Positions 55,663 through 64,000 of a DNA stretch of 64,000 bases are shown piece by piece (position 1 is the first letter of the stretch; each line of letters opens with the position of its first letter). The notes under the pieces were generated by a model that ran no database searches, had not been told where the DNA came from, and saw nothing but the letters and a program-made list of their open reading frames with translations. The translations under genes and the position numbers were made by a program. The stretch lies in NCBI GenBank assembly GCA_963833985.1, contig CAWIAD010000002.1, positions 5,056,001-5,120,000 of the forward strand. The letters are read 5' to 3'. This stretch comes from an uncultured Planctomycetaceae bacterium (GTDB lineage: Bacteria; Planctomycetota; Planctomycetia; Isosphaerales; Isosphaeraceae).

Positions 55663-56961
55663 TCACCCTTTGTACCCGCGCAGTGCACTCCGACTTCCCA
55701 TGTTCCGAAGGGTAAACGGAAGGAGGAACGGACTGAACATCGTGCGTATGACAAGCCGACGCAGCCACATCCGCGCATGCTTGCCGGGGACCATCTGCCC
55801 TGCCAGCTTCACGGCAGCCGCCTGCTTGCGCTCCACATGGGGCCTGAGAAAACGCTCGTACGCAAGGAAAGCAGGGGCGTGGTCGTCGGGACGACGCAGG
55901 AGCTCCGTTGCCAGCACGTACGCCCCGGCCATGGCCATGTGCGAACCTTGACCGGCCGCCAGGGTGAGGCAGCCGCAGGCATCCCCGATCAGACAGACGC
56001 GGCCGGTCGACCAGCGTGGCATGCGAATCTGGGTCAGTGAATCCAGGAAGAACGGGACGCTCGCGGACACGCTTTCGAGGACCCGCGACGCAATCCAGCC
56101 TGAGTCCGCGAACTGTTTCTGTAGCCAGGCCAATCGGTTTTCGGATCGATCCGGACCAGGGGCGTTGCGGCGAAACAGGTACATTGCATCCATCATCTCG
56201 TCGGACATCGAGTAGAAGGCAGTGAGCCGGTCGGTCTCCTCGTGCAGGACGACCGAGCGCTCGGCTTCCGGCACGAGTGGAGCATGGAAGGCCGCGACCT
56301 GATACCCGAGGTCACGTGCAAACGAAGTTTCGGGGCCGAAGGCAAGCTCACGGACTCGCGAGTGCACGCCATCAGCGCCGATGACAAGTGGAAACTCGCC
56401 TGTCTCGCCGTCGTCGAAGGCGACGTTGACTCGATCCTTCCCGGCCACCATCGACGCGATGGACGTGCCGAAGCGCACGGAGACGCCGGCCTGCCTGGCT
56501 CTGTCAAAAAGAATGCGTTCCAGGTCCGAGCGCAGGAGGTAAACATAGCGGCCGTTCAGAGCCCGTCGAACCTGATCCAGAGGAAGATTCAGGTGAGCGC
56601 GTCCCGATGCATCAACATAGCGCATGACGTCGAGCGGGTAGCGTATTGCCCGCAGATCGTCGGTCAATCCCATCCTTTCCGCGACGTCCCATCCCGTTCC
56701 GAAGAAGTCCATCATGTAGCCTTCGGAACGAGAACTGGGCTCGCGTTCGATGACCAGCGTGTTCCAGCCGCGCTCCTGTAGCAGGGTCGAAAGCGTCAGA
56801 CCCGCAATCCCGCCGCCGGAGATGAGAACGGATGATTGAGCCGACGTGGTGGCAGACCCTGATTCCGAGAAAGCGTGCCGGAACCCTGACAGGAAGGTAG
56901 GTCGAATCTGGTGTTCGATGGGACAGGTACACGGTGAGACGGGGAGTGCCGGGGCAAGCAA
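55663..56961 (-). CDS. FAD-dependent monooxygenase/oxidoreductase
   Basis: ISGGGIAG, GADGVHSRVR and LIGDAC...GQGS motifs; true start probably downstream of the ORF start. Confidence 0.9.
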   Translation of the reverse strand: MLAPALPVSPCTCPIEHQIRPTFLSGFRHAFSESGSATTSAQSSVLISGGGIAGLTLSTLLQERGWNTLVIEREPSSRSEGYMMDFFGTGWDVAERMGLTDDLRAIRYPLDVMRYVDASGRAHLNLPLDQVRRALNGRYVYLLRSDLERILFDRARQAGVSVRFGTSIASMVAGKDRVNVAFDDGETGEFPLVIGADGVHSRVRELAFGPETSFARDLGYQVAAFHAPLVPEAERSVVLHEETDRLTAFYSMSDEMMDAMYLFRRNAPGPDRSENRLAWLQKQFADSGWIASRVLESVSASVPFFLDSLTQIRMPRWSTGRVCLIGDACGCLTLAAGQGSHMAMAGAYVLATELLRRPDDHAPAFLAYERFLRPHVERKQAAAVKLAGQMVPGKHARMWLRRLVIRTMFSPFLLPFTLRNMGSRSALRGYKG

Positions 56962-57015
56962 GGAAATACCCCGGCACTCTCAGGAGACGATGATCGAGCC
57001 CAAGACGAGCCGTTG

Positions 57016-58788
57016 TCAGAGTGCGCTCAGGTCGGCCGCGACCACACGCGTGCCTTCCTTCATGTGAAGACGCTTGACCTCATCGGGCGTCGCCGAGACG
57101 GTCAGGCTCTTCTGGGGTGGCAGGCTGAGGCCCTGGAGCACCGAAGGAGCGAGCTCTTCGGCCTTGCTCGATCCGCTCACGGCCAGGCCGTTGAGGATCA
57201 GCGGCGAATCATTGATGATCTTGATCCGGAAAGTCTCCTTGCCGTGGAGCCGCGGGCCGTGGCCGAAAGTGATGCGCACCAACCGCGACACCATGGCCTC
57301 GGCCAGCACGTCGGCCAGCCGCGCCGCAGCAAGCTGCCGCTTCTGCTCGGCGGTCGGCGCCGGGGTGCCCTTGGCGCGGTCGACCGCGGGCTCGTCGAGC
57401 GCGGAGAGCTTGAGCCGGAACCGATCCACCAGGACCCAATCCGCGCCGGAAGGATGGCTGGCACTGAGCTTGACCTCGATGGCCGATTTGGTGATCTCCG
57501 CCCGGCAGGCGACGGAGGGACCAGCAGGCCGATCCGGCACGCCTTCCTTCGCGTTCAGACCCAGAACGGGGTATTTGTCCCACAGCGAACGCAAGCCCGA
57601 GATCAGCTCGCCGCGATCCTGACTGGCGGCCTTGAGATCCCAGTAGAGAGTTCCGGTTTCCGGTTTCAGGTCCTTCGAGGCCGTATCACCTTGTGCCATG
57701 GTGGCGACGAAATTCTTCGCCAGCGCAATCTCGTAAGCATTGCCCCAGCCCTGTGAAAGCCGACCGATGTCCTCCCAGCTTGCACCCGCGGTGACATACC
57801 AGATCACCATCTGCGCGATCGTCGGCGGCGCCTTCGCTTCTCCCAGTTGTTTGAGCGCCGTCAGGGTTCGCTTGTCATCGGTCCATTGCTTCACATCGCT
57901 GACGCGCAGGGTCTCACCCTCCGCCGGAACCAGCGGCATCGAATTCGCGCCTGGACCGTTCATGCTGACGACACTCGTTGGCAAATGACGCTCCTGTTTC
58001 GGTTGCAGTGTGGTCTCGTAGGGACCGGTCGGAGGCACGGACATCATACCCATGCCACCGCCCATCCCACCCATGCCGCCCATGCCACCGCCCATGCCGC
58101 CACCCATACCACCACCCATACCACCCATGCCACCCATCATGCCGATGCGGAGCGATCGCTGGTCCCAGCTATCGTAATCGCCGCACAGGTACATGATCAG
58201 GCGGGAGAGCATCATCATGCCCATGATGGGAGACATCGTTCCACCACCGCGGCCCATACCACCGCCCATGCCGCCCCGCATACCGCCGCCCATGCCACCG
58301 CCCATTCCACCGCCCATTCCACCGCCCATGCCGCCACCCATTCCACCGCCCATGCCGCCACCCATGCCGCCCATGCCGCCGCCCATGCCGCCCATGCCGC
58401 CACCAAACTGGCCGGTGGTGCCGGAGAGGATGAGACCCGGCGGCAGCACAACGCGCAGCTTGGAACTGGTCTTGTTGGTGATGGAGAGCGTGATACGCCC
58501 ATCGCCGCGGCCCTGGGCGACCGCCGAGATCTTGCCGGTGCGAATGCCTTCGAGCACATCGATCGAGACGGGCTCGGACTCGGCGCCTTGCGGCTGGGCC
58601 GGGGCCAGATCCTTTTGCGATGTGGTATCTGATGTCGTCTTGGTGCTCGTCCTCGAATGCGAAGTGCGCAGCTTCCTGGAAGTCTGCGCATCCGCGAACG
58701 GGCTCAGGAGCAGGACTGCGGAGATCACCGTGCTAACACTGATAAAGTTGAATATTCGTTGCTTTTTCCGATTCGATTGCGCGTTCAT
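57016..58788 (-). CDS. Secreted hypothetical protein with two Gly-Gly-Met repeat tracts
   Basis: GGAGG RBS; signal peptide ending ADA; (GGM/GGGM)n tracts at about 58045-58145 and 58240-58405. Confidence 0.8.
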   Translation of the reverse strand: MNAQSNRKKQRIFNFISVSTVISAVLLLSPFADAQTSRKLRTSHSRTSTKTTSDTTSQKDLAPAQPQGAESEPVSIDVLEGIRTGKISAVAQGRGDGRITLSITNKTSSKLRVVLPPGLILSGTTGQFGGGMGGMGGGMGGMGGGMGGGMGGGMGGGMGGGMGGGMGGGMRGGMGGGMGRGGGTMSPIMGMMMLSRLIMYLCGDYDSWDQRSLRIGMMGGMGGMGGGMGGGMGGGMGGMGGMGGGMGMMSVPPTGPYETTLQPKQERHLPTSVVSMNGPGANSMPLVPAEGETLRVSDVKQWTDDKRTLTALKQLGEAKAPPTIAQMVIWYVTAGASWEDIGRLSQGWGNAYEIALAKNFVATMAQGDTASKDLKPETGTLYWDLKAASQDRGELISGLRSLWDKYPVLGLNAKEGVPDRPAGPSVACRAEITKSAIEVKLSASHPSGADWVLVDRFRLKLSALDEPAVDRAKGTPAPTAEQKRQLAAARLADVLAEAMVSRLVRITFGHGPRLHGKETFRIKIINDSPLILNGLAVSGSSKAEELAPSVLQGLSLPPQKSLTVSATPDEVKRLHMKEGTRVVAADLSAL

Positions 58789-59061
58789 GTTTCGAACCCC
58801 TCCGGATCTGTAAGACGTGTCAAAAGATGGTATTCCCGGCTCACGGACGCGAGCACGCCGTTTCGAGGTGCAACCTGACCGTGCGGAGACGAGCCCCTCA
58901 CGGAAACGATCCCGCCCTGGAGTGCAGGTTCGTGGATCAGTGATTGGCAGCGGCATGACCCGGCCTGAAGATGCAGTGCGCAGCGTCATGCCCGAAGTGG
59001 GTGCGGGCACGCGAAGGCCGACGCTCGATCCTTCAAGCGCCGCCGAAGCGGAATTGATGCC

Positions 59062-59412
59062 TTAACAGCGTAGAGGAGGCAGAGGTGATGTCTCCACCTG
59101 ATTCAGACAGGAGAAATGAGCAGCAGTCGGTGAGGAATGCGGGAGGCGAGAGAACTGCCCATAGGTGTGGAGCGGCGGCGTTCCCTCGAGTTTGCCCTTC
59201 GCAAAACCTGCCACGGCGCGGAAGCCGTTGAGGGCACCCGGATGGGTGACGATGCGAACTCGCGCCACCGACCGTGTGGTATCGCTCTGTCGTGGGCAAC
59301 GGAGTAGTGAGCGACCGTTCGGGGCGCGAAAGGGAGCGGCCACGTTCGCGATCAGCAGGATCAGCGAGAGGAAAGCTCGAAGGGTGTTGTGAGACGGACT
59401 GAACGCGGGCAT
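59062..59412 (-). CDS. Small signal-peptide protein ending PPLRC (possible leader)
   Basis: Hydrophobic N terminus RAFLSLILLIANVAAP, low-complexity middle, terminal Cys; co-oriented upstream of the GGM gene. Confidence 0.55.
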   Translation of the reverse strand: MPAFSPSHNTLRAFLSLILLIANVAAPFRAPNGRSLLRCPRQSDTTRSVARVRIVTHPGALNGFRAVAGFAKGKLEGTPPLHTYGQFSRLPHSSPTAAHFSCLNQVETSPLPPLRC

Positions 59413-60021
59413 AGTGTGGCCTCAGTCATGTCTCCGACGGTAATGACCTCTCCGAAAATAACACTCAACCTGATGGCGGTCAAGCAGCGCAGTTAAGAAA
59501 AGAGGACGAAATAACTCGTTAAGAAATCTGCATGATCGGGTTTCGTCAATCTCGCCAGGAAAAATAGAGGGAAGAGTAAGATCGGCCTGCGATGGACGGA
59601 CGATAGCGCTTGGCCAACCAGGCAGTCGGACCCAATCACCATGCATTCCGCATTCCAGATTCCAGACACCGATCTTGACGAGATCGACCTCGGCCGGTCT
59701 CATACGGCTACGGGAATTCTCGGTCAGCCCGTATCTTGCGTGGGCCCGATGTCGCGGCCTCGCTCCTTCGTGCCAGACCGGGAACTCGGCTCTGGCGCGG
59801 GCAGCCCTTCCTTGTGGTTCCTACAGCCAGAGGCATCAACCGTGAGACGGCATTGCAATGCGCCTTCTTGCTGTTCTGATAATATATGGAAGCGGCTAGA
59901 ATGTGTCATTCTTACAATCCGTACCATGAAACGCAAAAATCGTAAACCAGGCACGCTGATTTGCCGCTTGTGAGAAAGAGACGCGTCTCGGCGAATGCGC
60001 GCGGTGCGCCCTCAGGAGCGC

Positions 60022-60513
60022 ATGGGTGTTTGGTTCGTCAAGGAAGATGGTGTGTGCATGGCCCACAGGCTTGCGGTCAGATTGGTCGTCCTGCTCGTTC
60101 TGACGGTTGCACAATCGTTCCAGGCGGTCACTCCCGATATTGCCAATCTCGCATCCAGTAGACTGCTGAGGATGGCCGGGTGCATGGGAAGGCCAGTGGG
60201 CCAGCCGACGCGTGAACATCGGAGCGTACTTACGTCCACGAGACATCACGCCGCGACGTCGACTCCCGCTCCCTTGCTCCCGCCGGAAGAATGGACCCGG
60301 TACGACCTTTCCGATCAGGTGTGCGTGGCATCCTCTCGTCCGCTTGACCCAATCAAAACCAAACGTGTCTGGCATGTCCCCGCATTCGGGCAGTCTGCTG
60401 ATACCGCCAGCACACAGAGCATGAACCCATCTGACCTGAATTCGCAGTCCGTCTTCAAATCGGCTCATCACAGTTCTGCTGTAGTCCATTCCCTCTGCCG
60501 GATGACCTGCTGA
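60022..60513 (+). CDS. Small signal-peptide protein ending LCRMTC (possible leader)
   Basis: RLAVRLVVLLVLTVAQSFQAVTPD N terminus, S/T/P-rich middle, terminal CxxxC; alternative start 60058. Confidence 0.6.
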   Translation: MGVWFVKEDGVCMAHRLAVRLVVLLVLTVAQSFQAVTPDIANLASSRLLRMAGCMGRPVGQPTREHRSVLTSTRHHAATSTPAPLLPPEEWTRYDLSDQVCVASSRPLDPIKTKRVWHVPAFGQSADTASTQSMNPSDLNSQSVFKSAHHSSAVVHSLCRMTC

Positions 60514-60778
60514 GACTTTGCGCTCCGCGTTTCCGCGCCAATTCCCGATCACTGTGCCGTTGCATACGAAGAAAGCCCGAACCTCCCTGGCGGGAAAGAT
60601 GGCCGCAGGCACCGTGCAGGGGCAGGAGCAGCGCGGATCACGCCGCGGGCCTCGCAACTCCGTACCAGGGTCTCGTGGTCTCGGAGCCGGCGCATGCCTC
60701 GACGCGGGACTCTCCCGGCTGAGGCATTCTTGAATCATACTTTAAAAATGAATAACTTCAAAACAGGGGGCTACTTCC

Positions 60779-61096
60779 ATGGATCGTCACTTCACTATAC
60801 TTGCGTACTTCAGTCCGGAAACCGTCATGCCTGTCACCTCGATCATCGCCACGGCGGTGGCAATGGTGATGATGTTCGGCAGGCAGATTTTCAGCGTGCT
60901 GGGCGTCTGGCTTCGCAGGCAGAGGCGGCAAGTTCGCAGCAGCGAGGCGGACAGCAGACCGCACTTCAGGCTCGACAGCGGACGGGCGCGGGCGAAAAAT
61001 CGGATGCCGAAACCAGTGGATGCCTCGGGCGGTCCTGAAGACCGAAGCATCCCGAGCCATCCGGCGCGACCACGTGCCAGGAGGACCTGGTCTTGA
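60779..61096 (+). CDS. Small single-TM protein with AYFSPET motif
   Basis: GGGGG RBS; LAYFSPETVMPVTSIIATAVAMVMMFGR followed by a basic tail; TTGA overlap with the next gene. Confidence 0.7.
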   Translation: MDRHFTILAYFSPETVMPVTSIIATAVAMVMMFGRQIFSVLGVWLRRQRRQVRSSEADSRPHFRLDSGRARAKNRMPKPVDASGGPEDRSIPSHPARPRARRTWS

Positions 61097-62944
61097 AGAA
61101 GGTGATCGTGATCGGGCTCGACGGGCTGGAACCGACCATTGTTCAGGGCATGCTCAGCGCCGGAGAACTTCCAAACCTGGCAAAGCTGGCCGCACGCGGG
61201 GCATTCACCCGAGTCGCGACCACGACACCCGCGCAAACGCCCGTCGCCTGGTCCACATTCGCCACCGGAACAAACCCCGGAGGTCATGGAATCTTCGACT
61301 TCATCCGCCGGGACCCCCGGACTTATCTGCCGGACCTGGCGCTGAACCGCTACGAGACCCGGGGCGCGTTCCTGCCCCCCAGGGCTGTCAACATGCGGCG
61401 TGGGACGACGGTCTGGGAGCTCTTCGAGCGCTGCTGGCATCCCCTCGACCATCGTCCGCTGCCCGGTGACTTATCCCCCCGACGTTTTTCGCGGCAAGAT
61501 GCTCTCGGGCATGGGCGTTCCCGACCTGCGCGGAGGCCTCGGCACAACTTCCTTTTACTCGTCCGATCGCGGGACCCAATCGCGTGAAAGCGAGAACCTG
61601 ATCCACGTCGAGATCCGACACGACGGGACGATCGAGACATACCTCATCGGCCCGCGGAACCCGAAGGATCGGTCGGACACTCATCTCTCCATGACCCTTC
61701 AGATCGATCCGGCCACAAGGCGCGTGCAACTGCGCTCCACCGGGCATCCCGCGGTCCTGGAAATTCGTGAAGGTCAGTGGAGTGATTGGCTCCGTGTCCG
61801 TTTCAAGCTGGGGGTGCTCCAGACGATCCGCGGACTGGTGCGCTTTCACCTGGTACGGATCGGGCCTACGTTCGAGCTGTACGCGTCGCCCGTCAACTTT
61901 GATGCCGAGAGCCCCCTGTTCCCCATCAGCCACCCGGCCCTGTATGCCGAGGAGCTTGCCGCGGCCATCGGCACTTACCATACCACGGGTATGGTCGAGG
62001 ATCACACCGGCATCAACAACGAGCGAATCGGCGAGGAAGCGTTCCTGGACCAGTGCAACCTGGCCTGGCGCGAGCGCGAGGCCATGATGCTGCATGAGCT
62101 GGGGCAGTTTGAACGCGGACTCTTCTACTGCCTGTTCGATACGCCCGACCGCGTGCAGCATCTCTTCTGGCGCTTCCGGGAAGCGGATCACCCGGCCAAC
62201 CGTGGGCGGACGATGGACCCTCAGTTCGCCAGGGTCATCGAAGACCAGTACCGGAGAAGCGACTCGGTGGTCGGCCAGGCGCTCGAGTTCGCGGACAATG
62301 AGACTCTCGTGGTCGCGCTTTCCGACCACGGCTTCGGCAGCTTCCGCCGGGGTGTGAACCTGAACACGCTGCTTCTGAACCACGGGCTGCTGGCCCTGGA
62401 GAACGGCCAGCGTCCCGGCCCGGATTGCCGCGACTTGCTGCGCGACGTCGACTGGCCGCGGACCAGTGCCTACGCGCTGGGACTGGGCGGAATCTATCTC
62501 AACCTCAAAGGGCGCGAGGCTGGAGGCATCGTCGAGGCGGACGCGGCAGACGGGCTGAAGGCGGCGATCGCCGAGCGGCTCACCGGCCTGATGGACACTG
62601 CCTCCGGCTCGATCGCCATCCGCGGTGTGCGTCCTCGAGAGGCGGTTTACTCGGGCGCTTTCGCCGGCGACGCGCCCGATCTGCTGGTCGACTTCGCGCC
62701 TGGCTACCGCGCCTCGTGGGGAACCTCACTGGGCGGTGTTCCGGAGGGGGTCCTGGAAGACAACACTCGAAAATGGAGCGGTGACCATATCATTGATCCT
62801 CTTCTGGTTCCTGGTGTTCTGTTCATGAATCGACCGGTCTGCTCATCCGATCCGAGTCTGATCGACCTCGCCCCGACGATACTGGACGCGCTCGGCGTAC
62901 CAAGGGGTAGCGCGATGGAGGGGCGGTCGCTCATTGCGGGATGA
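61093..62944 (+). CDS. Alkaline-phosphatase-superfamily protein (type I phosphodiesterase/NPP-like); frameshift near 61430
   Basis: IGLDG, PAQTPVAWSTFATG, DRVQHLFW, LSDHGF, WSGDH and DLAPTIL motifs. Confidence 0.9.
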
Positions 62945-62990
62945 CGGCGGACTTCATCGCGGCCCCGCGGGCCTGGACTCTGGAGGAATC

Positions 62991-64000
62991 GTGGCCCGGA
63001 TTTCGTGGACACTCCCGGCACGTCGCAGGGTGCACCGTGGGCAACCCGCGTCCCAGTTCGCGCCGCGTGCAGGCCATGACGGTGCCTCTCTGTGTTCCCC
63101 ACGCAACGCTCTCCTGATCGCCGTCTGGTTCGGGCTGGCCACCGGACTGGCCGAACTGGCGCTCGGGTTCATTCAGAAGCCCTTGACCGACCCATCGCCG
63201 GGCTTGTTCCGGATGAACCGGTACATGCTCTGGAGCGTTCCTGTGGTGAACGTGGCGTTCTTCGGGCTCTGCGGCCTGACGACGGCCGCGGTGCTCAGGG
63301 GCCGGCCTCATCCGGTCTTCCGGGCGGCTGTTGCACCGCCCGCGGTGCTGGCTGTGCTGACGCTCTTGCTCTCGTGCCGCTGGCTGCACGCGCTGGCGTG
63401 TGTGCTGCTGTGTCCACTGCTTGCGCGCGGCTCACGCGCTGGCTCGAGAGTCATCAGTCCGTCTTCCTCGTGTCGGTCTCGCGAACGACGCCTGTTCTTG
63501 CAATCCTCGTGCTCGGAACCGTGGCGGGGTCGCAAGCGCTCACCCGCGATGGTTCACGGCGTGTACGGCCGGCAACGTTCGCGGGCCGTCGCGTTCCCAA
63601 CGTCCTGCTGGTCGTGCTGGACACCGTGCGAGCCGACCATCTGAGCCTGCTTGGCTACCCTCGCGATACCTCGCCCTGCCTGACGCGGCTGGCGAGACGC
63701 CGGATCACTTTCACGCAGGCGCGCTCGACTGCCCCGTGGACCCTCCCGTCACATGCCAGCATGCTGACTGGCCGCTGGCCCCATGAGCTATCCACCGGCA
63801 TCAACGCGCCGCTTGATTCCACATTTCCAACCCTGGCGGAATGCCTGGCCGCGAACGGGTATGCCACCGCGGGCTTCGTGGCCAACGCGACATACTGCGG
63901 CCGCGAAACCGGCCTCGACCGCGGGTTCAACCACTACGAGGACCATCAGCTGACCCTCGCCGATATCCTCTGGACCAGCGCGATTGGCCGGCGCCTCCTG
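62991..64000 (+). CDS. Membrane-anchored sulfatase-like hydrolase/transferase (frameshift near 63425; truncated by window end)
   Basis: GGAGG + GTG start; several N-terminal TM helices; PNVLLVVLDTVRADHLS, APWTLPSHASMLTG and TLAECLAANGYATAGFVAN motifs. Confidence 0.85.

Overview
GC-rich bacterial chromosomal window. Gene families (ECF sigma + Ser/Thr kinase-WD40 pair, DUF1573-like protein, GGM-repeat secreted protein, Uma2, DUF433/PIN pair) point to Planctomycetota, probably Isosphaeraceae-like; this is inference from family content. Housekeeping genes (thiS-thiG, DinG-like helicase, apt, clpX, mutY, serS, mgtE, M20 peptidase) are interleaved with accessory DNA. Mobile DNA: an IS5-family element splitting a secreted-protein gene, an intact IS1634-family element, a 230-bp MITE with a 10-bp target duplication carrying a nested REP-like element, a GTAG-type REP doublet, and IS21/IS630 remnants. 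A toxin-antitoxin patch is bracketed by a duplicated 3' end of a HAD gene. Sixteen apparent frameshifts can all be placed at or beside GCGC, suggesting motif-specific (possibly methylation-driven) sequencing error rather than pseudogenes. The best candidate for an undescribed system is at 59-64 kb: two divergent small signal-peptide ORFs ending in Cys (PPLRC and LCRMTC) each head an envelope locus, one being an AYFSPET micro-membrane protein plus two Thr-type alkaline-phosphatase-superfamily enzymes. No rRNA, tRNA or CRISPR array was seen. Family names come from motif recognition by eye, not database searches.
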